Below, one piece after another: positions 1 to 7,813 of a stretch of 28,370 nt of DNA. Position 1 is the first letter of the stretch. The number at the start of each line of letters is the position of its first letter. Under the pieces are notes generated by a model that saw only the letters and a list, made by a program, of their open reading frames with translations, made no database searches and was not told the origin of the DNA. Origin of the DNA: Pseudanabaenales cyanobacterium (GTDB taxonomy: Bacteria > Cyanobacteriota > Cyanobacteriia > Phormidesmidales > Phormidesmidaceae). The stretch spans positions 1 through 28,370 of the forward strand of contig JAKSDM010001206.1 in the NCBI GenBank assembly GCA_022360135.1. The letters are read 5' to 3'. The position numbers and the translations under genes were made by a program.

Positions 1-148
1 TCAATTCTTTTCGCTGACTGACCTGCCCGGTTTTGATCCACCAAAGCATTAGCAGTCTTTCTTTTTGAGTCCCACTCTTAGCTTGCTTGAGACTTTTCTC
101 CAGGTAGTCAGCCGTTTCGGTAATATCGAGGATAAAGGGACATGCCAT
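1..148 (-). CDS. Probable IS630-family transposase, N-terminal fragment (runs off window start; not in ORF track)
   Basis: Manual translation of minus strand from ATG at 148: MACPFILDITETADYLEKSLKQAKSGTQKERLLMLWWIKTGQVSQRKEL (49 aa, open to window edge). Resembles the N-terminus of cyanobacterial IS630-type HTH transposases (...KERL.ML(W/Y)W.K.GQV...). Confidence 0.65.
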   Translation of the reverse strand, partial: MACPFILDITETADYLEKSLKQAKSGTQKERLLMLWWIKTGQVSQRKEL

Positions 149-210
149 ATACACACCAATCTTGGTAGAAGCACCTTCAATTATGCTCTACTTCATTTCA
201 GATTGGTATA
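1..210 (-). mobile_element. Probable left end of IS630-family insertion sequence
   Basis: Minus strand reads TATACCAATCTGAAATGAAG from 210, about 60 nt upstream of the transposase-like ATG. A TA-initiated end fits IS630/Tc1 elements. The partner end lies outside the window, so the inverted repeat cannot be confirmed. Confidence 0.5.
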
Positions 211-380
211 ACAACCGCACTGCAATGGAACAGTCTGCTAAGGGCGAGTGATTTGCAAAAGGTATCTGCGTCCCCGCCTAAGCCGCCCTATTGGACTGGG
301 GTTGAAAACTACCGTTGTCAGAATACCACTTTAGTCGGATACATGATTAAATCCTCGCTCCTTACAATGGACCTGCCAAC

Positions 381-2093
381 ATGTTGGGGCTAAGTGCAAT
401 GACCAACGTTCAAATGGAGCCACTACCCATCAAAACCTCCATTGCAAGGCGAGTGTTACTGATTTATCCCATCTTTCCGCCGTCGTTTTGGTCCTTTGAA
501 AATGTCTTAGCTCTGGTGGGCAAAAAAGCCTTACTGCCACCTTTGAATCTGATTACTGTGGCTGCTATTTTACCCCAAACTTGGGATTTCAAGCTGGTCG
601 ATCGCAACGTTAGAGACATCACGCAAGCCGAGTGGGCCTGGGCAGAATGTGTGATTATTTCTGGCATGATTGTGCAAAAGTCAGACCTCTTGGCCTGTGT
701 ACAAGAGGCAAAATGCCGAGGTAAGTTAGTAGCGGTGGGCGGTCCTTACGCCACAGCGCTCCCCCAAGAGGTGCAGGATGCTGGCGCGGACTATTTGGTT
801 TTAGATGAAGGGGAACTCACTCTCCCCCTATGGGTAAAGGCCTTAGAATGCGGTGAAACTCAGGGAATATTTCGAGCCGCCGAAAAACCGGATGTGACCC
901 AAACCCCGATTCCACGATTTGACCTCCTAGACCTCAAAGTCTACGATACTATGTCGGTTCAGTTCTCCAGAGGTTGCCCGTTCCAATGTGAATTTTGCGA
1001 TATTATCGTGCTCTATGGTCGCAAACCCCGCACCAAAACCCCTGCTCAACTCCTGGCTGAACTGGATACGCTCTACGATTTGGGATGGCGGGGCGCTGTG
1101 TTTATGGTGGACGATAACTTTATTGGCAATAAGCGCAATGTCAAATGTCTGCTCCGAGAACTCAAGATCTGGCAAGCTAAACGTGAACGCCCTTTTGGGT
1201 TTATCACAGAAGCCTCAGTCGATTTAGCCGATGATCCAGAGTTAATGGACTTGATGGCGGAGTGCAAATTCTACTGGGTATTTTTAGGGCTTGAAACCCC
1301 TGATGAATCGAGTCTCAGCCTCACCAAGAAGTTTCAAAATACGCGCAGTTCGATGCTGGAAGCCATTGATAAGATTTACCAGAAAGGAATCAGGGTGATA
1401 GCGGGGTTGATTATTGGCTTTGATGGGGAAAAAGCGGGTGCAGGTCAACGGATTGTCAATTTCATTGAAAAAGCTGCGATTCCAGCGACCACATTTAGTA
1501 TGTTACAGGCCCTGCCCGATACCGCGCTCTGGCATCGGCTAAAAGCAGAGGGGCGTTTGCTCAACCATACAGGGAATATCAACCAAACCACATTAATGAA
1601 CTTTGTCCCCACTCGTCCAATCGAAGAGATTGTCCAGGAATATTTAGACGCGATCGATCAGCTCTTTGACCCAGAACGTTACCTGGAGCGAGTTTATAAT
1701 CAATTTATGCGTCTGGCTCCCCTACCCCATCATCTCAATCCACCCAGGAAAAACCATCGGAGTATTAAGCCTAGGAAAAAAGAGCCAAATTTTAAGCCAT
1801 CCACATGGGTGCGATTGCGAGCATTTTTAACCGTTTGTTGGCGGCAGGGGATTAAGCAGCGTAGCCGCCGAAAATTTTGGGGTTACTTATTCTCAATTTG
1901 GAAATATAAACCCTACCGCCTGTCTTCCTATATCTCCACCTGCGCCTATAGTGAACATTTCCTGACATACTATCCAATCGTACGATCTCAACTGATGGAT
2001 CAGTTAACTGAGCATCTACAAGCCACCGCTCACTTGCAAACCAATCAACTTGAAGTAAATCCCAAGGAAACTAAACTCTCAGCAGCCGGATAA
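381..2093 (+). CDS. B12-binding radical SAM protein (class B methyltransferase-like; HpnP-related/DUF4070-type paralog)
   Basis: CxxxCxxC (CPFQCEFC), N-terminal cobalamin-binding region (PPLNL...VAVGGPY), MVDDNFIGN. Start uncertain (ATG 381, 399 or 414). Confidence 0.85.
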   Translation: MLGLSAMTNVQMEPLPIKTSIARRVLLIYPIFPPSFWSFENVLALVGKKALLPPLNLITVAAILPQTWDFKLVDRNVRDITQAEWAWAECVIISGMIVQKSDLLACVQEAKCRGKLVAVGGPYATALPQEVQDAGADYLVLDEGELTLPLWVKALECGETQGIFRAAEKPDVTQTPIPRFDLLDLKVYDTMSVQFSRGCPFQCEFCDIIVLYGRKPRTKTPAQLLAELDTLYDLGWRGAVFMVDDNFIGNKRNVKCLLRELKIWQAKRERPFGFITEASVDLADDPELMDLMAECKFYWVFLGLETPDESSLSLTKKFQNTRSSMLEAIDKIYQKGIRVIAGLIIGFDGEKAGAGQRIVNFIEKAAIPATTFSMLQALPDTALWHRLKAEGRLLNHTGNINQTTLMNFVPTRPIEEIVQEYLDAIDQLFDPERYLERVYNQFMRLAPLPHHLNPPRKNHRSIKPRKKEPNFKPSTWVRLRAFLTVCWRQGIKQRSRRKFWGYLFSIWKYKPYRLSSYISTCAYSEHFLTYYPIVRSQLMDQLTEHLQATAHLQTNQLEVNPKETKLSAAG

Positions 2094-2174
2094 ACTGTTG
2101 GGAAAAGGGAAAAAGGAAGGCTATGTTTTTTGATCCGACTTGCTTAATCAAACACAGGGTAGGAGTATTCTAGA

Positions 2175-3977
2175 TTGCAAAATCCACAAGCCAATTCATG
2201 GTCAACGTTGGTCGAATTATTGCAATTTAGAACAGTGGCTCAACCGCACCAAGATTTATACATTTTTCTCAAAGATGACAATGTTGAATCGGGTTGTTTA
2301 ACCTATGCAACTTTGGATCGAAAAGCGCGGGCGATCGCCGCTTACCTGCAAACCCAGTCTGTCCAACCAGGTCAACGGGTTTTATTGAGCTATCCCCTGA
2401 CAGAAGGGCTAGCCTTTATTGCCGCTTTCTTCGGTTGTCTCTACGCCGGGGCTGTTGTAGTCACGGCATGGCCTCCCATGAACCAATCCCTATCCTCTGA
2501 GTTGCAGTATAAAGCAGCTGACGCAGCGGTCAGTTTGGGGCTGACCGCTCAAACCTTGCTGGCGCAAATTCAAACTACTTTTGGCCAGAATCCAGAACTC
2601 GCCCATATTCCCTGGTTAGCCACAGAGCCCTTTTCCTTAGACCTGGCAGAGGACTGGCAAGCCCCTGAGTTAGCCTCCCATACCCTAGCGTACCTTCAAT
2701 ACACTGCAGGCTCAACAGGTATTCCGAAGGGGGCCATGATTAGCCACAAAAACTTGCTCCACAATTCAGCCGTCATTGCCCATTGCTTTGGCGCAACGCG
2801 TGACGATCGAGGAGTGATTTGGTTACCGCTATATCACGATATGGGATTAATTGGCGGGATTCTCCAGCCGCTCTATGCCAGCTTTCCTGTCTGTTTAATG
2901 TCGCCGCTATCATTCATGCGTCGGCCACTACGGTGGTTACAAGCAATCTCCCATTACCGGGCGACGATCAGTGGCGGGCCGAATTTCGCCTATGAGTTGT
3001 GTATAGATAAAATCAAATCGGCTGACTTAAAAAGGCTGGATTTGAGTACCTGGACGATCGCCTTCAATGGTGCAGAACCCGTTCAAGCAAGAACTCTAGA
3101 ACGGTTTGCAGCGGCTTTTGCTCCTTACCAATTTCGGCCTGAGGCTTTTTGCCCTTGTTATGGCATGGCTGAAACCACGGTGATGGCGGCCAGTAATCTG
3201 AAATTACAAACTCCTCAAGTTCTCTACTTAGATCCAGATGCGTTGGCTCAAAATCAAGTGCGCCAGATCAAGGAGGAACAAGTAGCGGGTCTCAGGGTCG
3301 AAAATCGCTCCGCAGTGAGTTGTGGTCAGGCTGTTTTAGGTCAACAAATTCGCATTGTTGATCCAGAAACTTGCCAACCTTGCTCAGTAGATCAAGTGGG
3401 AGAAATTTGGATCGCAGGGGATAGCGTCGCCCAAGGTTACTGGAATAATGCTGAAGCAACGGCGGCCACATTTCAGGGCTGTTTAGCGAACACGGGTGAA
3501 GGTACCTTTTTACGGACGGGTGACATAGGCTTTTTAGCCTCTGAACAGCTTTACATCACAGGAAGGCTTAAGGAAGTCATCATTATCTGGGGACGTAACC
3601 TTTACCCCCAGCATTTAGAACAGGCGATCGCCCAAAGCCATCCAGCGTTTGCTTTTAGCCAAGGGGCCGCCTTTAGTCTGGAGCAAGACGGTCAGGAGCA
3701 ATTAGTAATTGTGCAGGAAATCTCGCGGCGATCGCAGCATAGCGCCCCCCTCACTGACTTAGTTGCAATCATACAAACCACGATCAGCCAACAATTTCTG
3801 GTGGAACCCCAACAGATTGCGCTGGTAAAATCTGGCTCAATTCCAAAAACCCCAACAGGGAAGGTACAACGCATCCACTGTCGCCAACAATGGCGAAATG
3901 GACAATTGCCTGTGATTCACACCTGGCGGCAAACAATTAGTGGTGGAAACATTGATTGGGAGGCAGCATTGGCATGA
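2175..3977 (+). CDS. Fatty acyl-AMP ligase (FAAL), stand-alone
   Basis: YLQYTAGSTGIPKG, WLPLYHDMGLIGG, SGGPNFAY, FNGAEPV, CYGMAE, RTGD, GRNLYPQ, PKTPTGKVQR; FAAL-type insertion near QVLYLDPDAL. TTG start with AGGAG at 2161-2165. Confidence 0.9.
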   Translation: MQNPQANSWSTLVELLQFRTVAQPHQDLYIFLKDDNVESGCLTYATLDRKARAIAAYLQTQSVQPGQRVLLSYPLTEGLAFIAAFFGCLYAGAVVVTAWPPMNQSLSSELQYKAADAAVSLGLTAQTLLAQIQTTFGQNPELAHIPWLATEPFSLDLAEDWQAPELASHTLAYLQYTAGSTGIPKGAMISHKNLLHNSAVIAHCFGATRDDRGVIWLPLYHDMGLIGGILQPLYASFPVCLMSPLSFMRRPLRWLQAISHYRATISGGPNFAYELCIDKIKSADLKRLDLSTWTIAFNGAEPVQARTLERFAAAFAPYQFRPEAFCPCYGMAETTVMAASNLKLQTPQVLYLDPDALAQNQVRQIKEEQVAGLRVENRSAVSCGQAVLGQQIRIVDPETCQPCSVDQVGEIWIAGDSVAQGYWNNAEATAATFQGCLANTGEGTFLRTGDIGFLASEQLYITGRLKEVIIIWGRNLYPQHLEQAIAQSHPAFAFSQGAAFSLEQDGQEQLVIVQEISRRSQHSAPLTDLVAIIQTTISQQFLVEPQQIALVKSGSIPKTPTGKVQRIHCRQQWRNGQLPVIHTWRQTISGGNIDWEAALA

Positions 3978-4112
3978 TTGCTTGATTACAGTCTACGTTG
4001 TTCTGCCTGGATGTATTGTGGATATTTCAAAGCACTGATTAAATTTTATGTCAACAAATTAAAACTGTATAGATATCTTATTACTGGGTAGTAGAGCGCA
4101 TCCGAAAAGCTC

Positions 4113-4670
4113 TTATTTTACCCCTAATCTTTTACGTAACCAGGTTGATCCCATGAATAGAAGCGGTGTCATCCAAAGACCATTGAGTATTAAATGAAGT
4201 GGAAGTCTGAAGTAGACGTATAGCGTTAGCAAAACACCATAGGGTGAATCCATATGGTCAATCCAATAAAAAACAGGATTGCTTTCATCCCCAGGTGAGA
4301 TCTTAAGACGGCGTTTAATAAACGAGTTAGGTAGTTCAGATAGGTTAAAAATAAAACCAATGAGTAAGCCATAGAGAATTCCATTAAAGCTACTTAGAAG
4401 AATAATGTTTTTAAGGTTAAATTTTAGACCAATTTCCAACATCTGGAATATCCAAACACTGACCAAATGAGTTAGAGGTAAACTTACCAGACCCCGCCAT
4501 TTTTTGTTGACCCCAAATAGTCCTACATGGATGGGATAGCTGAGCCTGTTAAATAGGGCTGTCTTCCACAAAAGAGCTTCAAAGATACTGGCCAGTAAAA
4601 GAGGAAGTCCTAGCCACACTAGACTTAAAAAGTCATTCTTATATAGATCAAGTGGACTCATTATACTCAT
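4113..4670 (-). CDS. CDP-archaeol synthase (CarS)-like membrane cytidylyltransferase
   Basis: Small hydrophobic protein with ELPNSFIKRRLKISPG...IDHMDS, matching the CarS/CTP_transf_1-type SFIKRRL...G...D-Q/H-x-D signature. Confidence 0.75.
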   Translation of the reverse strand: MSIMSPLDLYKNDFLSLVWLGLPLLLASIFEALLWKTALFNRLSYPIHVGLFGVNKKWRGLVSLPLTHLVSVWIFQMLEIGLKFNLKNIILLSSFNGILYGLLIGFIFNLSELPNSFIKRRLKISPGDESNPVFYWIDHMDSPYGVLLTLYVYFRLPLHLILNGLWMTPLLFMGSTWLRKRLGVK

Positions 4671-4712
4671 GATTTAGATCTTTTTATAACTGCTAAAAGT
4701 TGAAACAATGAT

Positions 4713-5750
4713 ATGCTGCTCAAATCGAAACAATCCAATACCATCGTGACTGATTCTCAAATGAGTGAGTCACGTCTTATGATTGCTCTGATTAACCCTA
4801 AAAGTGGCCAAGGTAAAGCCAGACGAGATTTGAATGTTGTTTTACCCATTTTTGAGAAGAGTAACATCCATCTGCGCGTTGCTGAAATTCAGGGTTCCCA
4901 AATTGTTTGTCAGGGGGTTCGACAATCCTTTCTGAACTTTTTCCAGTCATTAGATCTGGCTACAATTCATGGCATTATTGTGGGCGGAGGAGACGGAACA
5001 GTTCACTCAACAGTAAATGCCTTGATGAGTCGAGCAGATTGGACACAGGCGATTAAAATTCCTATTGGTTTTTTACCCAGCGGCACCGATAATGGTTTGT
5101 GTAAGACGGTTCTAGAACTTTCAGGAGAACCCTATAGTTTGAAGCATGCGGCCCTTCTCATTGCTCAAGGGCGGTTGCGATCGCTTGATATATTCAAAAT
5201 CCATCAGGAGAAACGTACGTTCTACGGCGTACATTCTCTGGCTTGGGGCTTAGTCAGCGACATTGACATCGAATCCAACCACCTCAGATTTCTGGGGCCG
5301 TTCAAAGAATGGATTTATGGATTGGCCTATGTTTTAAGACGTAGATTTTATGCGGGTACGTTACTGTTTGACCCTCAGTTTTCGCTGCAGGCTAAGTCAC
5401 CCATCTTGAGCAACAAACAAACAGATACATTTATTGGCATCTGGGCAGTTAATGTTCCCTGGGCAGGACGAGACCGCCTTTCTACTCCATTCGCCAAACT
5501 CGATGATGGTTTGATCGATTTACTCGTTCTGCGCCAAGGCATTTCAAGAAGGCATCTTTTAGAGCTTTTTATTAAAACAGAAGATGGTTCTCATATTCAT
5601 TGTCCAAAGCTTGAATACTATAAAACCCAAGCTTTAGCATTAAACCCTATCAGCATACCTGGCACTATCGCTATTGATGGTGAAGCGGTTGATTATGGCC
5701 CTATCAGCATTGAGGTTTTACAGAAACTCTGCACCATTTTTTGCCGTTAA
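4713..5750 (+). CDS. Diacylglycerol-kinase-superfamily lipid kinase with eukaryotic sphingosine-kinase-type motifs
   Basis: LINPKSGQGKA (C1), GGGDGTVHSTVNALMSRADW (C2), LPSGTDNGL (C3), SLAWGLVSDIDIESNHLRFLG (C4), DDGLIDL and IAIDGE (C5). Start may be ATG 4761. Confidence 0.85.
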   Translation: MLLKSKQSNTIVTDSQMSESRLMIALINPKSGQGKARRDLNVVLPIFEKSNIHLRVAEIQGSQIVCQGVRQSFLNFFQSLDLATIHGIIVGGGDGTVHSTVNALMSRADWTQAIKIPIGFLPSGTDNGLCKTVLELSGEPYSLKHAALLIAQGRLRSLDIFKIHQEKRTFYGVHSLAWGLVSDIDIESNHLRFLGPFKEWIYGLAYVLRRRFYAGTLLFDPQFSLQAKSPILSNKQTDTFIGIWAVNVPWAGRDRLSTPFAKLDDGLIDLLVLRQGISRRHLLELFIKTEDGSHIHCPKLEYYKTQALALNPISIPGTIAIDGEAVDYGPISIEVLQKLCTIFCR

Positions 5751-5751
5751 T

Positions 5752-6414
5752 TTACTGTTTTACAGTGTCGGTAAAAAGCTGACGCTGTTGTAAATCGATA
5801 GCCGCGATACAAACAGCAGATGCATATAGTTGAATAACATTAGTGATTTGTTTAAGTAGATAGATGGGAAAAATGCTCCATAGCAAGATCTGTCCGGTAT
5901 GGATTAAATCAAGCGGCAGATTAGGCGCGTAATAGTTTAAATACAGCAGTATATAGAACAGCTCATTGCCAAAAATTAAGGCGTCCATAAATCGTTTGTC
6001 GCCGTAATAAAGGTTGAGGAGCCGGTTTTTAGACCAGCGTTTGGTATTTTTATGGTTATGTTCCGCTTGTATAGAGGTTGCCTGTAAAAGATAGTAGTGA
6101 CTGCTGACATCTAGCGCTATGAGCAGAATGAAAATAAGTAGGTATTCTGGATAGAGTTGGGCAAGGATGAAACATAAACCTGTTGTTGCAGCTCGATCAG
6201 TCACCATATCAAGGGTAGCTCCAAACTGGGTTCTCTGATTAAGTCGTTTTGCTGCTTGACCATCGAGTTCATCGAGTAAGAAGGCCATAAGATAAAAAAT
6301 CAAACACCATAACCCATGTCCAAATGTATGAGAAATAAAGCTAATTGCATAAAGAACAACTCTTAAATAGCCAATGATATTGGGTAGCAATAGAAAAATA
6401 TTATTGGACTTCAT
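5752..6414 (-). CDS. CDP-alcohol phosphatidyltransferase, eukaryotic phosphatidylinositol synthase (PIS/CDIPT)-like
   Basis: CDP-alcohol motif DELDGQAAKRLNQRTQFGATLDMVTD, plus PIS-type segments NIFLLLPNIIGYLR, LDVSSHY, HK...N.LL..YY and GNELFYILLYL. Confidence 0.85.
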   Translation of the reverse strand: MKSNNIFLLLPNIIGYLRVVLYAISFISHTFGHGLWCLIFYLMAFLLDELDGQAAKRLNQRTQFGATLDMVTDRAATTGLCFILAQLYPEYLLIFILLIALDVSSHYYLLQATSIQAEHNHKNTKRWSKNRLLNLYYGDKRFMDALIFGNELFYILLYLNYYAPNLPLDLIHTGQILLWSIFPIYLLKQITNVIQLYASAVCIAAIDLQQRQLFTDTVKQ

Positions 6415-6526
6415 ACTCTATATTGTGGATTTGGATAAAGATTGCGACCAGCTTTGATCTTTAGTTACTTAAAGCCATTTTTTTTCTACGGTTACCTAGT
6501 TATTTCTTTCGTAAACCAGTAGGTCT

Positions 6527-7813
6527 TCATAGCCTTATTAAATCATGCGATCGCTGACAAACTGTCTCAAAGAGTTTCTCATACTCGCGTGTAATTTTGA
6601 CGGCATCAAAATCCTGGGCTCTGATTAACGCATTGCGGGCAAGTCTCGCCGCTTGATCAGGATTAGAAATCAGCTGATGAATGGCCCCTGCCAATTTCTC
6701 TGGGCTGCGGATCGGGACTAATAATCCTATTTGATCATCCTCAATGATTTCCTTAGGTCCATAGTCACAGTCTGTGGCAATGACAGGCGTCTGGCAGGCC
6801 ATTGCTTCAACCACAACATGTGGAAAGCCTTCCCATAAGGATGACAGGACAAAAGCCTGAGCTGCCGTCATATATATCCATGGATTCTCAACAAAGCCAG
6901 CTAACTTAACGTATTCCTGAAGCTTTAAAGTTTGGATTTGTACTTCTAAAGTATCTCGGTAATTGCCTTCCCCTAAAATTAGCAGCTTTAAATCCCTGAG
7001 ATGATACTGATGATGACAAAGGTATAAGGCTTGGATCAGATATTCAAATCCTTTTTGTGGGTATAACCGCCCAACAGCCACAATATAACGATCATCGGAG
7101 ACTTGCAGATTGGGTTCAGGCTTATATTTAGAGGATTGAACAGCCTGCTGAATCTGTACAAGATTGGTGGGATTATAAATATAGGTGATCTTCCCTGGAT
7201 TAATTTTATATACTTCTGAAACTTCTCTCGAAATACCCTTAGAAACTGTCAGGATTTTATCTGCTTGACTGTAACTATTCTGAATAATTCTGAATATCAA
7301 CATTTTCAGTATTCGATTCTTGGTAATACTTTTGAGATTAGTTGGAAAGCTATTTCCTTCACGCGCAATCCATTGGACTTTTCGGCTTCCTTGCTGACCT
7401 AAGGCAAAATTTGTCAGAATATTTAAACCTGTCATACTGGTCATGACGATGTCTGGCTGAATTGCCCTGACTAAAGCTTGAATTTGGTAAATTGAGGCTG
7501 GAGTTCGTAACAATCTCGGCAAGAGGCTTTTCAGACTGAAAGAATGAATTGTACTAGGCAAGGCTAAAACATATTGTAACCAGTCAGGTAATTTAGCCGT
7601 TCTGATATCTGCTACAGTCACCAAGTTGAGATATTCGCCAGTTTGGGATAAAAGACCAAGATAAGGGATAAAGCGATCGCGATCGATATACTCTAATAGG
7701 TCAACAATAGTACGCTCAGCTCCCCCACCTGATAAATCTGGCAGGATAAACAGGACTGAAATTTTCTTGGCGTCAGCTAAAGTTTGTTTCTTCACCACTT
7801 TATTGTTATCCAT
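6527..7813 (-). CDS. Glycosyltransferase family 4 (GT-B fold)
   Basis: PDLSGGGAER N-terminal motif, AVGRLYPQKG, FVLSSLWEGFPHVVVEAMAC (Ex7E). Start reassigned to ATG 7813, which overlaps the upstream stop (ATGGATAA); ORF track starts at 7870. Confidence 0.9.
   Translation of the reverse strand: MDNNKVVKKQTLADAKKISVLFILPDLSGGGAERTIVDLLEYIDRDRFIPYLGLLSQTGEYLNLVTVADIRTAKLPDWLQYVLALPSTIHSFSLKSLLPRLLRTPASIYQIQALVRAIQPDIVMTSMTGLNILTNFALGQQGSRKVQWIAREGNSFPTNLKSITKNRILKMLIFRIIQNSYSQADKILTVSKGISREVSEVYKINPGKITYIYNPTNLVQIQQAVQSSKYKPEPNLQVSDDRYIVAVGRLYPQKGFEYLIQALYLCHHQYHLRDLKLLILGEGNYRDTLEVQIQTLKLQEYVKLAGFVENPWIYMTAAQAFVLSSLWEGFPHVVVEAMACQTPVIATDCDYGPKEIIEDDQIGLLVPIRSPEKLAGAIHQLISNPDQAARLARNALIRAQDFDAVKITREYEKLFETVCQRSHDLIRL

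Noticed and set aside
381-2093. Calling the radical SAM gene hpnP
   Set aside because: The N-terminus (RVLLIYPIFPPSFWSFE) fits the widespread cyanobacterial paralog better than my recollection of HpnP, and no hopanoid genes are in the window.
2100-2120. Purine tract GGGAAAA x2, and also GGGTGTG/GGGTGTA at about 26343-26356
   Set aside because: Only two units each; too short to call.
2175-6414. De novo sphingolipid synthesis cluster
   Set aside because: No serine palmitoyltransferase, ACP or ceramide synthase in the window, so the backbone cannot be assigned.
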